Position numbers and translations under genes: made by a program
Notes under the pieces: model-generated
Databases searched by the model: none
Told to the model about the DNA's origin: nothing
What the model saw: only the letters and a program-made list of their open reading frames with translations
In this document: positions 20,334-30,189 of the stretch, in pieces
Layout: every line of letters begins with the position of its first letter
Numbering within the stretch: the stretch's first letter is position 1
Assembly (NCBI GenBank): GCA_965215885.1
Contig: CBDCEW010000094.1
Span: 65,416 to 129,415 of the forward strand
From: Candidatus Moanibacter sp.
Lineage (GTDB): Bacteria; Verrucomicrobiota; Verrucomicrobiia; Opitutales; UBA2987
Direction: 5' to 3'
DNA length: 64,000 nt

Positions 20334-20639
20334 TTATTCGTCGAAATCAACTTCGCGCATCGGGATGCGCAGGGCGTCGATAGCCCGGGTTTCAGCCGAG
20401 ACAGGTTTTTTCGCGGGAGAGCCGAGCATGGTCTCGACGCGCTCGACGCGGCGCACCAGCTCGGCGAGGCTCCCGGGAGTCAGGGCGCCTTCTTGGTCGT
20501 CGCCCGGCATTCGGACGCTTTAGGTCTGGAACTTGACGAAGGCAGCGCCTCCGGCCGCCGATTCGCGCACCATTCCGCGGCAGATGTCCCAATTGCCGTA
20601 GTGGTTTTCGCCGATTTCAGCGATCAGGATCGTCTTCAC
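20334..20639 (-). pseudogene. Internally deleted N-acetylneuraminate synthase (NeuB/SpsE)-like relic
   Basis: MKTILIAEIGENHYGNW...FVKFQT* joined in frame to SVRMPGDDQEGALTP...VERVETMLGSPAKKPVSAE; GGAG RBS upstream. Confidence 0.75.
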
Positions 20640-20729
20640 GATGATTTACTCCGATTTTGTGAAACTCCAAAGAATAATAGCAGTTTCAGAGAACATTGAG
20701 GAATGAAATATGCGGGTTAGCCTGTAAGC

Positions 20730-20765
20730 TTGACAAGCCCATTCTGTAAGTCCATTGTAATTCCT
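20730..20765 (+). promoter_or_regulatory. Putative sigma70 promoter of the TA operon
   Basis: TTGACA at 20730 with a CATTGT -10-like hexamer 17 bp downstream, just before the ATG. Confidence 0.4.
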
Positions 20766-20767
20766 TG

Positions 20768-21016
20768 ATGAGAACTCGACTCGTGCGCATTGGGAACTCG
20801 CGCGGTGTTCGCCTTCCAAAGCCGCTGATTCAACAGGCTGGCCTGGCCAACGAAGTCGAGCTGGAACTGCGCGGAAAGACGATCGTCATCGCGGCGCATC
20901 CGGCGCCCCGAGCTGGATGGGCGGAGGCTGCTGAAGCGCTGCATGCGGAGGGTGGGGACCAACTTCTGGACCCCCCGACAGCGACGCACTTCGACGAGAC
21001 TGAGTGGGAATGGTAG
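20768..21016 (+). CDS. AbrB/MazE/SpoVT family antitoxin
   Basis: MRTRLVRIGNSRGVRLPK...PRAGWAEA...FDETEWEW. Confidence 0.92.
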   Translation: MRTRLVRIGNSRGVRLPKPLIQQAGLANEVELELRGKTIVIAAHPAPRAGWAEAAEALHAEGGDQLLDPPTATHFDETEWEW

Positions 21017-21345
21017 CGAGGAGGCCACCCGAACGGAGCGACGTGTTTCTCGTCGCTCTAGACCCAACCCGTGGGAGAGAGATTCGCAAGACCCGTCCGT
21101 GTGTAGTAGTGTCGCCGGATGAGCTCAACACTAATCTTCGCACAGTGATTGTAGCTCCTCTCACGACCCGAGGGCGGAAGTATCCCTTTCGTGTGTCGTG
21201 TCGCTTCGCCCGGAGACGCGGGAAAGTCGTCGTCGACCAGCTACGGACCGTGGACTCCGAACGTCTTGTTCGTCATCTTGGACGCCTTTCCCGGCCGACG
21301 TTTGAACAGGTCCTCGGTACCCTTCAGGAGATGTTCGCGCCGTGA
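21010..21345 (+). CDS. PemK/MazF family endoribonuclease toxin
   Basis: DVFLVALDPTRGREIRKTRPCVVVSPD...APLT...DQLRTVD; overlaps the antitoxin stop. Confidence 0.94.
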   Translation: MVARRPPERSDVFLVALDPTRGREIRKTRPCVVVSPDELNTNLRTVIVAPLTTRGRKYPFRVSCRFARRRGKVVVDQLRTVDSERLVRHLGRLSRPTFEQVLGTLQEMFAP

Positions 21346-21527
21346 TAAGCGGACCACGCCGCATCACACCACACTTCGTAACGAGCCTGACCCCATCGCC
21401 ATCCCGCCTTCTTGATTGCTGGCCACCCTGGCCCCCGTCTTCGCGCGAGACTTCGCCGAGGCAAGGCAAGACTGGGGCAGCCTCAGAAGCACTAAACAGG
21501 TAACTGCCGCTCCCGGCAAGTCGGGAT

Positions 21528-21626
21528 TAGGAAGATGTCGGTGGTCGAATTCGCCGCAATTCACAATCACATCCTGACGGCGGAATATGTCCGTGAATTC
21601 CGACAGCTAAGTCCGGCAAATTCCTA
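21528..21626. mobile_element. ~99-bp MITE (second copy)
   Basis: TAGGAAGATGTCGG ... GCTAAGTCCGGCAAATTCCTA, related to the ends of 9627-9724. Confidence 0.6.
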
Positions 21627-24600
21627 GGGTGCCGCCTCGGCTTCAACCGAGAGGAGCTGCCAGGGTTCAGGAACTCGCCGCTCCCACACCCTGCTCTCCT
21701 CACGCCACACCCAGCCGTGGCCGCCCGGATGGGACAGCGTCCGGTCGTAAAGGAGCGCCGGGTCCACCTCGAACTCCAGTTCGATTTCCCCATCCGGGGT
21801 TTCCACTTCGAACCCGATCCTCTGCACCGGATCGGGCCAGTCCCGGCACCAGTTTCCGAGCAGGTGCAGGCCCGAAACGACCCGCCGTCCGTTGGCGGAG
21901 ATATTTACCATTACCGGTCCCCCTGAAAGGGTAACTCTCAAATACCAGCGGCCGGGCGCAGTTCGAAGGCGCAGGCCGCTGCTGCCCGGAAATATGGCCC
22001 CTGCCGCCTCCGGCTGCTCCTCCGGGCGCCGCTTCCACCCTTCGACCTCCAGGGGAAGATTTTCCGCCACACTGGTTTGCATCGGGCGGCCTCCGGGGAA
22101 GGAGACCCGCGCCGCCCGTGAGGCAGGTCCTTCGGTATCTGGTGTCTCGGCCGTCACCGCCAGCAAAAACACCCGGTGTCCGGCGCCGGTGTCCTGCAGC
22201 TGAATCTCAGCCACTTCCCGACCCTGGGCGTCGATTACAAACTGATTGAGATGCCTGCTCTTCTGCAAGCGATGGGCGAACCAGTAGTAATCTCCGGCAT
22301 ACGGACCGGTGGGGACGGAGATAAGTGGGTGGGTTCCGAAGGGTGTTTCAATGTGCCTCGGAGGCTCCTGAGGATTCTCCTTCCCGGGCTCTGCATTGCC
22401 CGGAACGACATGGCGCTGAAGGAACGGCTTGTCGCTAGCCGCCAGGCGGCCTGCATCCACCGGAACCAGAGAAAATGCTTTGGGATGCCAGGCGTAGGCC
22501 AGCGGCGTCTCCTTGGCATAGTGGAGGTAGCGCCAGTCCTCGTAGTGCACCAGGTTCCGCAGAGGAATCTCCTCCTGCTCTCCGTTGGCATAGACGATCC
22601 GGTAGATGGCCCCCACTGTGCCCATCTGCATATCGCCCGATCCCGCCACATTTCCCAGGATGTGCAGCCGTCCCAGGCGCATCCCCACCGGGATGGTGTA
22701 GGTCTCACCATCTTGCAGGACCAGCATACCGGGATCGTCTGCGCTCGTGCACACACCGAGCCGGAAAGGTATCCCGCCCAAGATCGCCTCCGTGCCCCAG
22801 GGCAGGCCGATTAAGTTGTCCTGCACCGAACCCATTACCGTGTGCTCCACAGCCTCCAGCAACTGGGGCGCAGCGATCGCCGCCGCGTCGTAGCCGAACG
22901 GATCAGAGGTGAGGGGAGGGCTGTTCCAGACAGAATTCATGTTAAGCGTTGTAAATGCGCTGCGCCCTCTCCAAATCAGCGGAAATCCGGTGCGGGCGTC
23001 CCCGCCGGGATAGTCTCGGTTCGGAGCATCCCAACTGAGATGCTTCCTCACATTGGGAGGCGGCGGCGCTGATGGCAGGTCGCGGACGAAGGGGCTTTGG
23101 CTGCCGCAGATCCCGCCGTCCACCGGCAGATCGTCCTCCCTGATGCCGGCGGTGTGGAGCGCGGTCAAGAAGTGCGGGACCATGGTGAGGAACCGCCCCA
23201 GCCAGTGCATCGACGAATAGGAATCGGGCCGGAGGTCTCCTTCAAACGGGCGGTAATAGGTTGTATTACCGGAGGGAAAACGGACATTGGGTGTAAAAAT
23301 CTGATAGACGTTGGAAAAGGAAATTGATGCACCCAGGTCCTTGATGCCCGGATAGAGGTAGCGGCGGTCCCGGGTCTGCAGGTAAGCGTAGGCTAGACCC
23401 TCGTAGGAGGCCCCGCGGCTCACCCCGGGGTCGTCGTCCCGGCCCCGCGGACCGATCTCGTAGTCCATGATCCGGAGTAGACCCTCGCTGATCTTTTCCG
23501 GGCCCAGCATCCGGTCGTAGAGCAGGAGGGCGGAAAGCAGGTAGAAATTGGTATGGAAACCGGTATCGTGAGGAATGCCGACGCCGCCATCCGCCGCGAT
23601 GTTTTTGAGGGATGATTCGAGGATCTTCTCGGCATGTTCCCTGTAGCGCTCATCTCCCGACAGTTCATAGTACCAGAGGCAATTCTTCATGGCGTCGGTT
23701 GAATCGCGCTCGTAGCCCTCGGAGAAATAGCTCATCGAAAGGTCGGCCACCTGCTGGATAGCCTCTCGAACTCGCTCTTCTCCGGTCAGGAAATAGAGCA
23801 GGCAGGGGGCGCCCAGAAAGGTGTGGGACATATCCCCGGGTTGGCCGAAGTGCACCGCGAAGTGCCGCCGCATATAGCCGGCCCTTTCGCCCAAATGCAC
23901 CGCGTCCACATCCACCAGGTGTTTGACCATACCCGTCCCCATTCGAAGCCAGCGGGTGTCCCCCGTGCGGACGTACTGTAAGAGCACGCCCAACTGCGGT
24001 TCCGTCTCCCCATTGAGCCAGCCGAACCGTTCCACGAGGTTGGTCCAGTGGCCCTCCAACGGCAGGTAGTGAGTCTGAATTCCTCCCCAGTTGACCATCC
24101 CGTACCAGTTGGACCACTCGCGCTGGTGCCGCCAGAGCCACTCGGTCAGTCCCTGCAAAAATTGCTCCGACCGCGGGAAAGCCTGAGGTCGCGCCGGAGC
24201 AAGCGTACCCATCGCCCCGGTCTGGGCATACCGCTCCGGCGATACACCGGGTAGGAGAGGGGACTGAAATGCCCTCGCCTTCTCCTCATGCACGGTCGCC
24301 CTGTCGGTGTGATGGAGGCTTACCCGCACCCGGTGAGTCTTGGCTACTCCGTCATCGCCCCAACGGCGCCACGGCGCCCCGGTGGGCGAGATATCTTCTT
24401 CACGGATACCTACTCTCCAGTCGATATCCAGCTCCCCCGGCTCTACCTCATCTCGGGTAAACAGCTTAATTGCCGTCGCCGGGCCGAGCACGATCTCTTT
24501 GGGATACTGCTGCCACAGCTCCTCCACCGCCACGGTCAACTGGCAATCCCCCTGCCGCCAGGCCGCCCATCCGTCCAGTCGGTCGCCGATCGTCTCGCCC

Positions 24601-25493
24601 ACGGGTCCCGAGGAATCGTATCCCGATGACCGCAACACCCGGGGGGCGAACTGATTGAAGGCGGGCGGCCGCGGCCGATCCGCATTGGTCTGAAAGAGCC
24701 GGTATCCGGTCTCAGGGAGATCGACCGCCTCCGATCGCACCGTGCCATCGATCCCGAACCGGACCTCTCCCGCGCTGGGCGCATCTCCCTGCTCCACCAC
24801 CCTGATAATCAGGCCGGCGTCGCAAAACAGCCGCTTCCTGATATCGACCCCGTTGATGTAGGTGTGATCCAGCACGATGGAGTCAGCGCCGGACAGGCAG
24901 TGCACCCGGCAGATCACCCGCCCCAGCATCTCCCCTGAAGGCAGGAACAGGTCTCCCTGCAAGCGGACCACGACACGTCGAGACGAGCAGTATTCCAACC
25001 GGCAGTCCACCCCCGGCGGCGAGATCGCCCACGCGATACCTCTGCCGCCTTCCGCCTCGGTCAGGTTGGCGCCCAGGGAATCCAATTCCCAGTCTCCCGC
25101 TGATGAGTGCACTTCAATAGGTCCATCCCTGAGGAAGGTCACGACCATCGCCCCGGTGGAGACTACCAGCTTCTCCGGAAGCGCGTCCTGCACGCTCAGG
25201 GCGGGCTTATCCTCCGCGGCCGCCGACTCCGATTCACCGATCCGCCTCAGCCGGAAGACCACCTCCGCGCCGGCGGCAGCAGTTGCTGCAAAATCGACCA
25301 GGAGCCACTTGATGCTCCCGTCGTCCCAGTATGCCGCCGCTCGGACGGCGGAAACGACGGGATGTCCCGATTCGTCCAGAAGCTCCCATACGTCCATCTC
25401 CCCGGCTTCGCCCCGGGCAAATGGCACGCCGCATCGCACCGCCTCATCGCAGCGCTCGATCCCCGTTTCTTCCTTTATGGCGATCGCTATCAT
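21624..25493 (-). CDS. Large PcRGLX/YetA-like (exo-rhamnogalacturonan lyase-related) protein, 1289 aa
   Basis: N-terminal VRCGVPFARG...WDDGSIKWLLVDF (RIFT barrel), LWQQYPKE, WYGMVNWG and toroid-like core, extra C-terminal domains. Confidence 0.65.
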   Translation of the reverse strand: MIAIAIKEETGIERCDEAVRCGVPFARGEAGEMDVWELLDESGHPVVSAVRAAAYWDDGSIKWLLVDFAATAAAGAEVVFRLRRIGESESAAAEDKPALSVQDALPEKLVVSTGAMVVTFLRDGPIEVHSSAGDWELDSLGANLTEAEGGRGIAWAISPPGVDCRLEYCSSRRVVVRLQGDLFLPSGEMLGRVICRVHCLSGADSIVLDHTYINGVDIRKRLFCDAGLIIRVVEQGDAPSAGEVRFGIDGTVRSEAVDLPETGYRLFQTNADRPRPPAFNQFAPRVLRSSGYDSSGPVGETIGDRLDGWAAWRQGDCQLTVAVEELWQQYPKEIVLGPATAIKLFTRDEVEPGELDIDWRVGIREEDISPTGAPWRRWGDDGVAKTHRVRVSLHHTDRATVHEEKARAFQSPLLPGVSPERYAQTGAMGTLAPARPQAFPRSEQFLQGLTEWLWRHQREWSNWYGMVNWGGIQTHYLPLEGHWTNLVERFGWLNGETEPQLGVLLQYVRTGDTRWLRMGTGMVKHLVDVDAVHLGERAGYMRRHFAVHFGQPGDMSHTFLGAPCLLYFLTGEERVREAIQQVADLSMSYFSEGYERDSTDAMKNCLWYYELSGDERYREHAEKILESSLKNIAADGGVGIPHDTGFHTNFYLLSALLLYDRMLGPEKISEGLLRIMDYEIGPRGRDDDPGVSRGASYEGLAYAYLQTRDRRYLYPGIKDLGASISFSNVYQIFTPNVRFPSGNTTYYRPFEGDLRPDSYSSMHWLGRFLTMVPHFLTALHTAGIREDDLPVDGGICGSQSPFVRDLPSAPPPPNVRKHLSWDAPNRDYPGGDARTGFPLIWRGRSAFTTLNMNSVWNSPPLTSDPFGYDAAAIAAPQLLEAVEHTVMGSVQDNLIGLPWGTEAILGGIPFRLGVCTSADDPGMLVLQDGETYTIPVGMRLGRLHILGNVAGSGDMQMGTVGAIYRIVYANGEQEEIPLRNLVHYEDWRYLHYAKETPLAYAWHPKAFSLVPVDAGRLAASDKPFLQRHVVPGNAEPGKENPQEPPRHIETPFGTHPLISVPTGPYAGDYYWFAHRLQKSRHLNQFVIDAQGREVAEIQLQDTGAGHRVFLLAVTAETPDTEGPASRAARVSFPGGRPMQTSVAENLPLEVEGWKRRPEEQPEAAGAIFPGSSGLRLRTAPGRWYLRVTLSGGPVMVNISANGRRVVSGLHLLGNWCRDWPDPVQRIGFEVETPDGEIELEFEVDPALLYDRTLSHPGGHGWVWREESRVWERRVPEPWQLLSVEAEAAP

Positions 25494-25934
25494 GTCTCTG
25501 CCACTGCGGGGACTATCGCGTTAAAGAGGCTGGGACTGTAGGACCATGGGACCATAGGACAGAAGAACTGATAGTTAACTTGATAGTTTGGGCGAACGAT
25601 ATCGTTCGCCATAAGCAGTGTTCCAAAGAAAAAAAGCCTTCTCGAGTTTGTAATATAGAGTGCCGATTAAAACCGGCAGTAAGTAGTGAAAGAGAGAGTC
25701 ATACGCAAAAGATCAAGTCAATCGTACGGGCCCCGAGTCATGGCGGCATGCCCGAAAGAGTATTGTGAAAGCGTTGGCAGGGGAATCCTCAAGAGCAAAC
25801 CAACCGCCGGGCATAGGGCCGGGAGAGGTCGAATTAAGAGCTCCCGAGGGTACGGCGAGCAGTTAGTGGTGGAACGGCCCCTCCGGGGACGTTGCCTTCA
25901 ACCAGGATACTTCGTTAAGAACGCGAGAATTACT

Positions 25935-26302
25935 GCAAAAATTTGTGATCCGATCGGATCGAAAATTTTTGCGGTGATTCGGTTCTCATGGAAGATGGAA
26001 AGAACCTATAAGCATTCTGTCTGAACGAAAGTAGGTAGATGCTGAATGGAGCGGATTCGGACACGCCGCCATATTGCAGCGAATAGATATAATCCATTGA
26101 TATATAGGAGTATGCAACTCCACTACGATCCTAACTCTTCTCCTTCAGACTTTCTCGGGATATCCTCGGATTTCGCGTTTTGCTACTACAAACGAGGAGG
26201 TGGACCGGTCTCTGATGTCTATGTCCGTGGACCAACTTTCCGCAAATTAGTGGTCTCCAGGTACAAATCTTTATGATCCGATCGGATCATAAAGATTTGT
26301 AC
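25935..26302. repeat. Pair of long palindromes centred on GATCCGATCGGATC
   Basis: 38-bp imperfect palindrome at 25935-25972 and perfect 42-bp palindrome at 26261-26302. Confidence 0.85.
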
Positions 26303-26392
26303 TAATTTCTTAGGTTAAAGGTGACATCTTCTCAATTGTCTTCATGGGTAGAAACATCTGCTTAGGCATTTGCAACACCTCTTGGCAGCCGC

Positions 26393-26488
26393 TCATTGCG
26401 AGACCACATCTCGCCGATACTCCTCAGATGCCTGCCGGAGCGCTTCGTTCGGCGCCAGCGGATTGAGAAGGGTCTCCACGAACTCGAG
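26393..26488 (-). pseudogene. C-terminal relic of a DUF1778 (TacA-like) antitoxin
   Basis: LEFVETLLNPLAPNEALRQASEEYRRDVVSQ*. Confidence 0.5.
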
Positions 26489-26490
26489 TA

Positions 26491-26631
26491 CTAAGGCTGG
26501 GGCAGGTCGATGTCGATAGCGCGCAGTTCTTTGGACCAGTCCTGCCACATGTCTTCGTGGGGCGGTTCGTCCTGGGTCTGTTCCAGATCCCGTTTAAAGA
26601 AGCGGAGTTCGTCTGGAGAAATTCTATTCAT
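26491..26631 (-). pseudogene. Internally deleted family-P PhyH paralogue (46 aa)
   Basis: MNRISPDELRFFKR fused in frame to DLEQTQDEPPHEDMWQDWSKELRAI, matching both termini of the family-P proteins. Confidence 0.8.
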
Positions 26632-26811
26632 TCGTTGACCGGTGAAAGTTAACTCCACAGTCTCAGTCGCCTTCGAAAGGACGGGGAATTTCTTATCTTA
26701 TTCAAGGAATTTATCGCTTCTCGATTTCTTGAAACAATGGTGTTATGAGGCCAGTTTTCCGGGAACGGTTCAACTGTTTTCCGACCGCTGGTCGTTTGGT
26801 CTCGGTTGTCG

Positions 26812-29800
26812 ATGGTTGATTACAAAACAGAGAGCGAAGCACCTAAGCATTCCGGTAGGGACACTGATACCGGTGGCGAAGGCTTCCGTCAGGCGCCGTC
26901 GGCTCGGCGTTTGTTCGATGAGAGCTTGGCGGGGCTATGGCTGCGCCGGTCAGCTTTCACGATCCTGACGGCGGTGCTTTTGTCTTTCTTATTGTATGCT
27001 ATCTCAGCCCTTTTCAGACCCCGGCTTCGATCGACGGCTGTCGTTTATTCGGCGCGGGAAATTGCGGCGGCCGAGCGACTGCGCGACACGAGCTTTGATG
27101 CGGTAAATCCGCCGGTGATTTACCGGGAGGTGGACTACGGAGAGGGACCTGACGCGACCTGGTGGCCCAAGGGCGAGTCGCCTATTCTGGCCGAGCTGGT
27201 GGCGGAAGGTGAATTGCCTCCGGTAGAAGAGCGCGTGGGCCCGGAGCCGCTGGTGCTGGAGGGGGTGGACGGTATTGGCAATTATGGCGGCACGTGGATG
27301 CGGGCGGCGACCTCGCCGGGAGATGTGGGAGTGATTGGTTGGCGCCTGGCGGGTGCTACTCTGCTGAGGTGGTCGCCCATGGGGAACCCCGTCGTTCCCC
27401 ACATCGCTAAGGGGTGGGAGGTCAGTAAAGACCAGACCGAATGGACCTTCCACCTTCGCCGGGGGATGCGCTGGTCGGACGGGCACCCGTTTACCGCGGA
27501 CGACATCGTTTACTCATGGAACTACCAGAAGTGGATCAATCCGGAAGGGCCACAGTGGATGCGCCCCGGTGGGAAGCGGGGAGACATTGTTAAAGTCGAC
27601 GATCATACCATCCGCTTTGTTTTCTCCGTGTCGTATTCACTTCTGCTCGAACGGCTCGCCTGGCACGGCGGTATAGCCGTCCCAAAGCATTACCTCGCCA
27701 AGTATCATCCGGAGTTCGGAGACGATGCACTTATCGAGGCCACCATGAAGGCCAAGAACATCCCGACCCGGAGAGGCCTCTATGACCAAATGGCGAACCT
27801 CTACAACCCAGAACACCCCCGACTTTGGCCGTGGATCTACCGCACCTACAAAGCGAATGCGCCTCAGTTCTTTGTGCGCAACCCCTACTACTTTGCGGTG
27901 GATCCGAAGGGCAATCAGCTTCCCTACGTGGATCGCGTCATGTTCGAAGTGAAGGGCCTGCCTCTGATCGGGAATTCGGCTTCAGGCGGGGCTCTCACGA
28001 TGCAGACGCGGCACATTCGATACGAGAATTACAGCCTGCTGATGAGCGAACGGGAGCACGGGGGCTATGAAGTTTATCACTGGTATTCCGGCGCCCGCTC
28101 GGTCTGGGCCATTTTCCCCAATTTAAATCGGAGGGTCGAACCGGGTGTGCCGGAGACCCGGTGGAAAGCTCGGCTTTTGGCGGACAAGCGGTTTCGTCAA
28201 GCCCTCTCTCTGGCCATCGATCGACGGAAGATTATCGACGCGGATTACAATGGAGTCGGTGAACCGGCGCAGATATCGCCGGGCCGGGCCTCGAGCTTCT
28301 TTAACGAAAGGCTTCATCAGGCCTTTGTGGAGTACGAACCGGAGAGAGCCAGCGAGCTTCTCGACGAGCTCGGTCTGGATAGGCGCGATCGGGAGGGCTT
28401 CCGCACCTTTCCCGATGGCACCCGTATGCTCTGGTTTCTGGACCTCTCCTCTTTCTTCGGGGCTGGACCTGCTCAATTTGTGGTGGACGATTGGGCCGAG
28501 GTCGGGTTGCGGGTGATCTTCCGGGTTCGCTCCCGCGCTTTTTTTGGAACTTACCTGCGGTCGGGGCGGATGGATTTGATGGTGTGGTCGGGTGAGAGTG
28601 AGTTCAATCCCATGGTCGTGCCTCGAAGCTTTGTCGCGGTGGCGCGTTCCCATGGCGTCCAGGCCGACCGCTACGCGCTCTGGTACGTGCACGACGGGAT
28701 TTTCGGGAAAGAGATGCCGCCCGGAGTGGACGCCATTGAGCCCCCACTGGGCCATCCGATCCGCCGCGGATTGGAAATCCTCGAAGCGGCCTATCGTGCG
28801 CCCACTCGCGAAGAGCAACGCGATATTTTTAACGAGGCACTGGAGATCGCGGCGGAGAACCTCTGGGTGATCAACATCGCCACCCCTCCACCCCAGCTCG
28901 CCATCGTCAAAAACGGGTTTCGAAACGTCCCTCGCAACGTAATTTACGGCGCGGCCTATTATACGCCCGCCAACGGAGGGATTGAGACGTTCTATTTTGA
29001 GAAGCCTGGAGATTCACCGGCCGCGGTAGCCCAGATGAAAGAGGAACTTTTGAACATTACTCCGGTGCCCAATGCCGTCGGGAGCCAGCTCGCCCGTCTC
29101 ATTCGGCTCCTTGTTTGGGGCAGTATCTTCGCTGGGCTGTTTCTCCTGGGGCGCCGCCACCCCTATATCGGGAAGCGGTTGCTGATCCTCGCGCCGACAT
29201 TGGTGATTATATCGGTTATCACGTTTGTCATTATCCAGGCGCCGCCGGGTGATTTCATTCAATCGAAGATCATCGAAGCGGAGATGAGCGGTGACAAAGG
29301 CTCGATCGACACCGTCAAACAACTGCGGGAACTCTTTCCCCTGGATGAGCCCATCGTAGTGCAGTACGCACTGTGGTTGGGGCTGAAATGGTTCGTGAGC
29401 TTCGATTCCAAGGATACGGGACTTCTCCAGGGAAATCTCGGCCGATCCATGGAAACACGCAAAAAAGTCAACGAAATCGTCGGCGACCGGATTCTGCTGA
29501 CGTTTTTCATCGCGCTGGGTACGGTTCTATTCACCTGGGCGGTGGCGCTGCCCATCGGCATCTACTCGGCGGTACGGCAGTACTCGGTGGCAGACTACAT
29601 TCTTACCATGGTCGGTTTCATCGGTATGTGCGTGCCGAATTTTCTATTGGCACTGATCCTCATGTACTTGAGCAAGGTATACCTCGGCATCAACATTACC
29701 GGCTTGTTTTCTCCCGACTACGCCGCGCGGCCCGACTGGACATGGGGCAAGGTCGGTGACCTGCTTAAGCACATTTGGCTGCCGGTCTTGGTGGTCGGAG

Positions 29801-30189
29801 TTTCGGGCACCGCTGGTATGATCCGCGTAATGCGAGGCAATCTCCTGGATGAATTGCGAAAACCATACGTGATGACCGGACGGGCAAAAGGGGTGCGGCC
29901 CCTCAGGTTGTTAATGAAGTATCCGGTGCGAATGGCTCTCAATCCCTTCATCTCAGGCATCGGCGGCATTTTCCCGCAACTGGTTTCGGGTAGCGCCATC
30001 GTCGCGATCGTGGTGAATCTGCCCACCGTCGGCCCGCTCATGCTCAGCGCCTTGATGACCGAAGATATGTACCTGGCCGGTTCCATGTTGATGGTGCTGA
30101 GTTTGCTCGGCGTTTTCGGCACCCTCGTAAGCGATCTCTTATTGATGTGGCTGGATCCGCGTATCCGTATGGAAGGAGGGAGCCGGTGA
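26812..30189 (+). CDS. ABC transporter family-5 substrate-binding protein fused to an OppB/DppB-type permease
   Basis: LPPVEER, LRRGMRWSDGHPFTADD and RNPYYFAVD motifs, then TM region with ELRKPYVMTGRAKG loop. Confidence 0.9.
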   Translation: MVDYKTESEAPKHSGRDTDTGGEGFRQAPSARRLFDESLAGLWLRRSAFTILTAVLLSFLLYAISALFRPRLRSTAVVYSAREIAAAERLRDTSFDAVNPPVIYREVDYGEGPDATWWPKGESPILAELVAEGELPPVEERVGPEPLVLEGVDGIGNYGGTWMRAATSPGDVGVIGWRLAGATLLRWSPMGNPVVPHIAKGWEVSKDQTEWTFHLRRGMRWSDGHPFTADDIVYSWNYQKWINPEGPQWMRPGGKRGDIVKVDDHTIRFVFSVSYSLLLERLAWHGGIAVPKHYLAKYHPEFGDDALIEATMKAKNIPTRRGLYDQMANLYNPEHPRLWPWIYRTYKANAPQFFVRNPYYFAVDPKGNQLPYVDRVMFEVKGLPLIGNSASGGALTMQTRHIRYENYSLLMSEREHGGYEVYHWYSGARSVWAIFPNLNRRVEPGVPETRWKARLLADKRFRQALSLAIDRRKIIDADYNGVGEPAQISPGRASSFFNERLHQAFVEYEPERASELLDELGLDRRDREGFRTFPDGTRMLWFLDLSSFFGAGPAQFVVDDWAEVGLRVIFRVRSRAFFGTYLRSGRMDLMVWSGESEFNPMVVPRSFVAVARSHGVQADRYALWYVHDGIFGKEMPPGVDAIEPPLGHPIRRGLEILEAAYRAPTREEQRDIFNEALEIAAENLWVINIATPPPQLAIVKNGFRNVPRNVIYGAAYYTPANGGIETFYFEKPGDSPAAVAQMKEELLNITPVPNAVGSQLARLIRLLVWGSIFAGLFLLGRRHPYIGKRLLILAPTLVIISVITFVIIQAPPGDFIQSKIIEAEMSGDKGSIDTVKQLRELFPLDEPIVVQYALWLGLKWFVSFDSKDTGLLQGNLGRSMETRKKVNEIVGDRILLTFFIALGTVLFTWAVALPIGIYSAVRQYSVADYILTMVGFIGMCVPNFLLALILMYLSKVYLGINITGLFSPDYAARPDWTWGKVGDLLKHIWLPVLVVGVSGTAGMIRVMRGNLLDELRKPYVMTGRAKGVRPLRLLMKYPVRMALNPFISGIGGIFPQLVSGSAIVAIVVNLPTVGPLMLSALMTEDMYLAGSMLMVLSLLGVFGTLVSDLLLMWLDPRIRMEGGSR

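Noticed and set aside
26261..26302. Protelomerase target or rho-independent terminator
   Set aside because: No protelomerase or phage genes; no loop or U-tract, so kept only as an unexplained palindrome
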